A stretch of DNA of 64,000 bases. It comes from Actinomycetota bacterium (lineage in GTDB: Bacteria; Actinomycetota; Actinomycetes; S36-B12). The notes under the pieces are model-generated. The model was not told where the DNA came from. It saw only the letters and a program-made list of their open reading frames with translations, and searched no databases. The stretch spans positions 65,343 through 129,342 of the forward strand of contig VGBL01000002.1 of NCBI GenBank assembly GCA_016870515.1, written 5' to 3'. A program made the translations under genes and the position numbers. Every line of letters begins with the position of its first letter. Within the stretch, counting starts at the first letter, position 1. Of the stretch, positions 60,801-64,000 are shown piece after piece.

Positions 60801-61310
60801 GTGCACTCCGATGGATTGCGGCTTGAGCGCCTGCGCCTCGAGCACGCGCCCATGCTGTTCGCTGCGCTGGACGATCCACGGGTCGGACACTTCATCGGCG
60901 GACCCGATGTGACCACGCTCGAGGCCCTGCGGGCTCGCATCGACCGCGTCACCGATGGCCCGCCGCCGGAGTCCGGGCAGACGTGGCTCAACTTCGCGGT
61001 CCTGCTCGGTCCCACGGTCATCGGGCGAGTGGAGGCGACGGTGCACGAGGGAATTGCCGAGATCGCCTACCTCATCGGACCGCGATGGTGGGGGTGCGGC
61101 TACGGCGCCGCCGCCACGTCACTACTCCTCGACAATCTCGCCGTCACTGGCGTAACGGACTACTGGGCGACCACCATGCCCGACAACCTCGCCTCCGTGG
61201 GCGTCCTTGTGCACCTCGGCTTTTCGGAGGTCGAGACCAGGGACGCGCCGCTGCTGCATTCCTACGATGACGGAGACCGCGTCTTCCATCGACGTGACGC
61301 AAGGCCCTAG
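60801..61310 (+). CDS. GNAT N-acetyltransferase (RimJ/RimL-like)
   Basis: LRLE.L...HA, AEIAY.....WWG.GYG and NLAS..VL..LGF. TAGCCT -10 lies 6 nt before GTG. Confidence 0.88.
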   Translation: MHSDGLRLERLRLEHAPMLFAALDDPRVGHFIGGPDVTTLEALRARIDRVTDGPPPESGQTWLNFAVLLGPTVIGRVEATVHEGIAEIAYLIGPRWWGCGYGAAATSLLLDNLAVTGVTDYWATTMPDNLASVGVLVHLGFSEVETRDAPLLHSYDDGDRVFHRRDARP

Positions 61311-61331
61311 ATGGCGGCTAGCGTAGGGAGC

Positions 61332-62078
61332 ATGGTCAGCAGCGACATCTGGGACGAGGCAGCGGCCGCCTCGTACGCCGACGACTCTGCGGACATGTTC
61401 CAGCCCGACGTCGTGGGCCAGACGGTCGGCTTCCTGCGCGACCTCTGCGGTGACGGTCGGGCCCTCGAATTCGCCATCGGCACCGGGCGCCTCGCGATCC
61501 CACTGCGCAGGAGCGGGGTCCCGGTGTGCGGGATCGAACTATCGCCCGCCATGGTCGCCAAGCTGCGTGACACCGCATCCGAAGAAGACATCCCGGTTGC
61601 GCTCGGCGATATGGCGACCACGGTCGTGCCCGGGGACTTCGCACTTGTCTTCCTGGCCTTCAACGGCCTCTCCAACCTGCGACTCCAGGACGAGCAGGTG
61701 TCCTGCTTCAGCAATGCCGCGCGACACCTGCGGCCAGGCGGCCACTTCGTCGTCGAACTCTTCGTCCCACCACTGCGTCGGCTGCCACCCGGGCAGACCG
61801 CCGTCCCCTTCGCCATGGACGCCGGACACGTGGGCTTCGACACCGTCGACCCGGTGACCCAGTCGTGCAGGTCCCACCACTACACAAGGCTGCCGGATGG
61901 CTCGTGGCGATACGACGTGGGCAACTTCCGCTACGCGTGGCCCGCCGAATGCGATCTCATGGCTCAACTTGCCGGCCTCGACCTCGTTGCCCGTTACGGC
62001 GACTGGGACCGCTCCCCCTTTACGACCGAGAGCAGCAAGCACGTGTCCGTCTGGCAACGCGCCTTCACGCCGGGTTAG
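61332..62078 (+). CDS. class I SAM-dependent methyltransferase
   Basis: ALEFAIGTGR, GIELS..M, GDM, HLRPGG.F and P.ECDLMA.LAG. Confidence 0.92.
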   Translation: MVSSDIWDEAAAASYADDSADMFQPDVVGQTVGFLRDLCGDGRALEFAIGTGRLAIPLRRSGVPVCGIELSPAMVAKLRDTASEEDIPVALGDMATTVVPGDFALVFLAFNGLSNLRLQDEQVSCFSNAARHLRPGGHFVVELFVPPLRRLPPGQTAVPFAMDAGHVGFDTVDPVTQSCRSHHYTRLPDGSWRYDVGNFRYAWPAECDLMAQLAGLDLVARYGDWDRSPFTTESSKHVSVWQRAFTPG

Positions 62079-63115
62079 GCACTTCCCTCGATCACGATCT
62101 TGTGGGCCGTGCGATCCGACCGCAGGGCGTCAAGGGCGTCCGCATAGTCCCCCAGCGCAAACCGGTGAGTGATCACGCCGTCCATGCGGATGGCCCCCGC
62201 ACGGAAGGCTGGCAGCGCATCGGGGAACGAGTCGACCTCGGTGAACGAGCCCATGATGGTGAGTTCTCGGCGGAAGATCTCGAAGGGTGAGATCGCCACG
62301 AGATCGGACTCGTCGGCCACCCCGTAGTAGACGATGCGACCTCCGTTGCGGGCCAGTCGCGGGAGTTCCCCGATGACAGCAGCCCGCCCGGTTGCATCGA
62401 TGACGATGTCGAATTGACCCCCGTGGGCGGCCACGATGGCGTCCAGTGAGCCTCGAACGTCGTCGCGGTCGACCAGCGTCGTTTCGATAGCGGAGAGAGC
62501 AGCGGCCCGGTCGAGTTTCGCTGGATTTGGATCTGCCAACGTGACCGCGCCCGCGCCTTTGTAGCGCAGGATTTGGATGAGCAGCACCCCAGTGGGGCCC
62601 GCCCCCAGCACGACGACGGACTGCCCCTCGAGCGGATCCAGGCGATCCATGAGGTGCGCGATACACGCCGACGGCTCGGCGAAGACAGCCAGGTCGGGGT
62701 CGATTCCCGTGGCATCGAAGAGTTGGGCGCCCGGCACCACGACGTAGTCGGCGAACCCTCCGGGTGTCGATGAGCCAATGCCGGCGAAGCCATCGCACAG
62801 CCATGGACGACCTTCCGCGCAGTAGTCGCACGACCGGCAACTCGAGTTGGGATTGACAACGACCTGCTGGCCCACCGCCAGTTCGCGGCCCTCTCCATCG
62901 ACTGCACCGGGTCCGATCGCATCGATGACCCCGACCGTTTCGTGCCCGGGAGTCAGCGGGAAGGCCGCGAGGAATTGCCCGTCGTGCAGGTGCAGGTCGG
63001 TGCCGCACATGCCCGCCCGGGTCATGCGCACCCGAACCTGCCCGGAGCCCGGCTCCACATCGGGCACGTCGCGCACCTCGAAGGATCCAGGCACGTCGTA
63101 GACAACGGCACGCAC
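62075..63115 (-). CDS. zinc-dependent (MDR) alcohol/polyol dehydrogenase
   Basis: CGTD, PGHE, C..C..C......C structural Zn site, AEP and GAGPTG. Confidence 0.93.
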   Translation of the reverse strand: MRAVVYDVPGSFEVRDVPDVEPGSGQVRVRMTRAGMCGTDLHLHDGQFLAAFPLTPGHETVGVIDAIGPGAVDGEGRELAVGQQVVVNPNSSCRSCDYCAEGRPWLCDGFAGIGSSTPGGFADYVVVPGAQLFDATGIDPDLAVFAEPSACIAHLMDRLDPLEGQSVVVLGAGPTGVLLIQILRYKGAGAVTLADPNPAKLDRAAALSAIETTLVDRDDVRGSLDAIVAAHGGQFDIVIDATGRAAVIGELPRLARNGGRIVYYGVADESDLVAISPFEIFRRELTIMGSFTEVDSFPDALPAFRAGAIRMDGVITHRFALGDYADALDALRSDRTAHKIVIEGSA

Positions 63116-63153
63116 GGCCCCACGTTAGTCTCGGTCCCCCATCCCGGGACACC

Positions 63154-63285
63154 CCGGAATTCGTCTCCGGCTTCTGGGTGATCGAGGCGAGCGACGAGGC
63201 GCAGGCACGCAGCATCGCGCTGGGGGCTTCGCACCACGGCAACCGCCGCGTGGAGTTGCGACCCTTCACCGGGGATGGAGCCTAG
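63154..63285 (+). pseudogene. 3' remnant of a YciI/DGPF-family gene
   Basis: Manual translation PEFVSGFWVIEASDEAQARSIALGASHHGNRRVELRPFTGDGA*. No in-frame start in the intergenic region. Confidence 0.65.
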
Positions 63286-63310
63286 GCTCGCGACCCGCTA
63301 GCCTCGACTC

Positions 63311-64000
63311 ATGGCGCGAGGATCATGGGGTCAGAGCAAGCTGCTCACGCAGAAGTCCTGGGCGATCATCAAGGACAACCGCTACCTCCTTTTCTTTCCC
63401 GTCCTCGGCTTCCTGCTCAGCCTGATTCCCCTCGCGATCTTCTGGGTGCCCGCCGGCTACCTGGCGCTCAACAACCAAAACGTCGCCGCCATCGTGCTGG
63501 CGATCATCGGCATCTTCGCCAACCAGATCGTCATCTCGATCGCCAGCGGAGGCCTGGTCGCCTCTGCCGATGAGGAGCTCTCGGGAGGCCGTAGTTCGAT
63601 TGGGCACGGGATCGGCCGCGCGCTTGCCCGCATCTTCCCCCTCATCGGCTGGGCACTCATCTCGACCGTGGTCAACGTCATCGTGGGCTTTGTCAGAGGC
63701 CAGGGCAACGGCGCCGCCGATGCCCTGCGCAATCTTGCCGCGGCCGGCATCCTCGCGATGTGGCAGATCGTCACATTCTTCGTGCTCCCATTCATCGTCC
63801 TCGATGGACGTGGGCCGGTCGCGGCGATCAAGGAATCATTCGCGCTCTCCAAGGCCAAGTGGGGCTTGCAAATCTTCGGCGGCGTCCGCATCGGCGGCAT
63901 CATCGGCCTGGTCACGATCCTGCCCGGGATCCTGCTCGTGGTCCTTGGCTTCGTAGCCGCGATCACCGACTCCGTGGGCCTCATCGCTTTAGGCGTCGCC
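63311..64000 (+). CDS. multi-pass membrane protein (DUF6159-like), runs off window end
   Basis: Not in ORF track (no stop in window). MARGSWGQSKLLTQKSWAIIKDNRYLLFFPVLGF...W.IVTFFVLP.IV.DG.GP..AIKES..L.K..WG; TAGCCT -10 lies 6 nt before ATG. Confidence 0.75.
   Translation, partial: MARGSWGQSKLLTQKSWAIIKDNRYLLFFPVLGFLLSLIPLAIFWVPAGYLALNNQNVAAIVLAIIGIFANQIVISIASGGLVASADEELSGGRSSIGHGIGRALARIFPLIGWALISTVVNVIVGFVRGQGNGAADALRNLAAAGILAMWQIVTFFVLPFIVLDGRGPVAAIKESFALSKAKWGLQIFGGVRIGGIIGLVTILPGILLVVLGFVAAITDSVGLIALGVA

Noticed and set aside
60562-60879. 105-aa minus-strand ORF
   Set aside because: It is antisense to tRNA-Leu and the palindrome, so it is not a gene.
1-64000. CRISPR array, transposase, integrase, prophage, toxin-antitoxin or defence genes
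   Set aside because: No regularly spaced repeats and no ORF with such motifs seen by eye.

Overview
High-GC (~70% by eye) actinobacterial chromosome segment that is gene-dense and made mostly of conserved core genes. Left to right it holds tldD (partial) and a TMEM175 channel gene, fabG-fabI-sixA, serB, an FeS-type photolyase, a copper monooxygenase lipoprotein, and the pgsA-manC/PMM-gcvH-garA-ftsR-DUF151-merR-gcvP cluster with a tandem glycine riboswitch. Next come rbpA and fxsA-ppm1-lnt, then helY-tatCA-pafBC-FKBPs and the complete Pup-proteasome locus (pafA, prcAB, pup, dop, arc, trmI). The right part has an ABC exporter, PAC2, pgi/gnd, the mshC cluster, corA, uppP, tRNA-Leu(GAG) and a small accessory patch after the tRNA. 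The best non-coding signal is a 28-bp Actinobacteria-type dif-like site at 19377-19404, where gene polarity flips from + to -, so this is probably the replication terminus. Other notable signals: a LexA-like box plus a SigR/SigH-like promoter ahead of rbpA, a perfect 21-bp inverted repeat after the tRNA, pervasive leaderless promoters, and two gene remnants (amidohydrolase, YciI). I found no CRISPR array, intact transposase/integrase, prophage or defence system, and no clearly new multi-gene system. Family calls come from motif and synteny recognition by eye, not from database searches.
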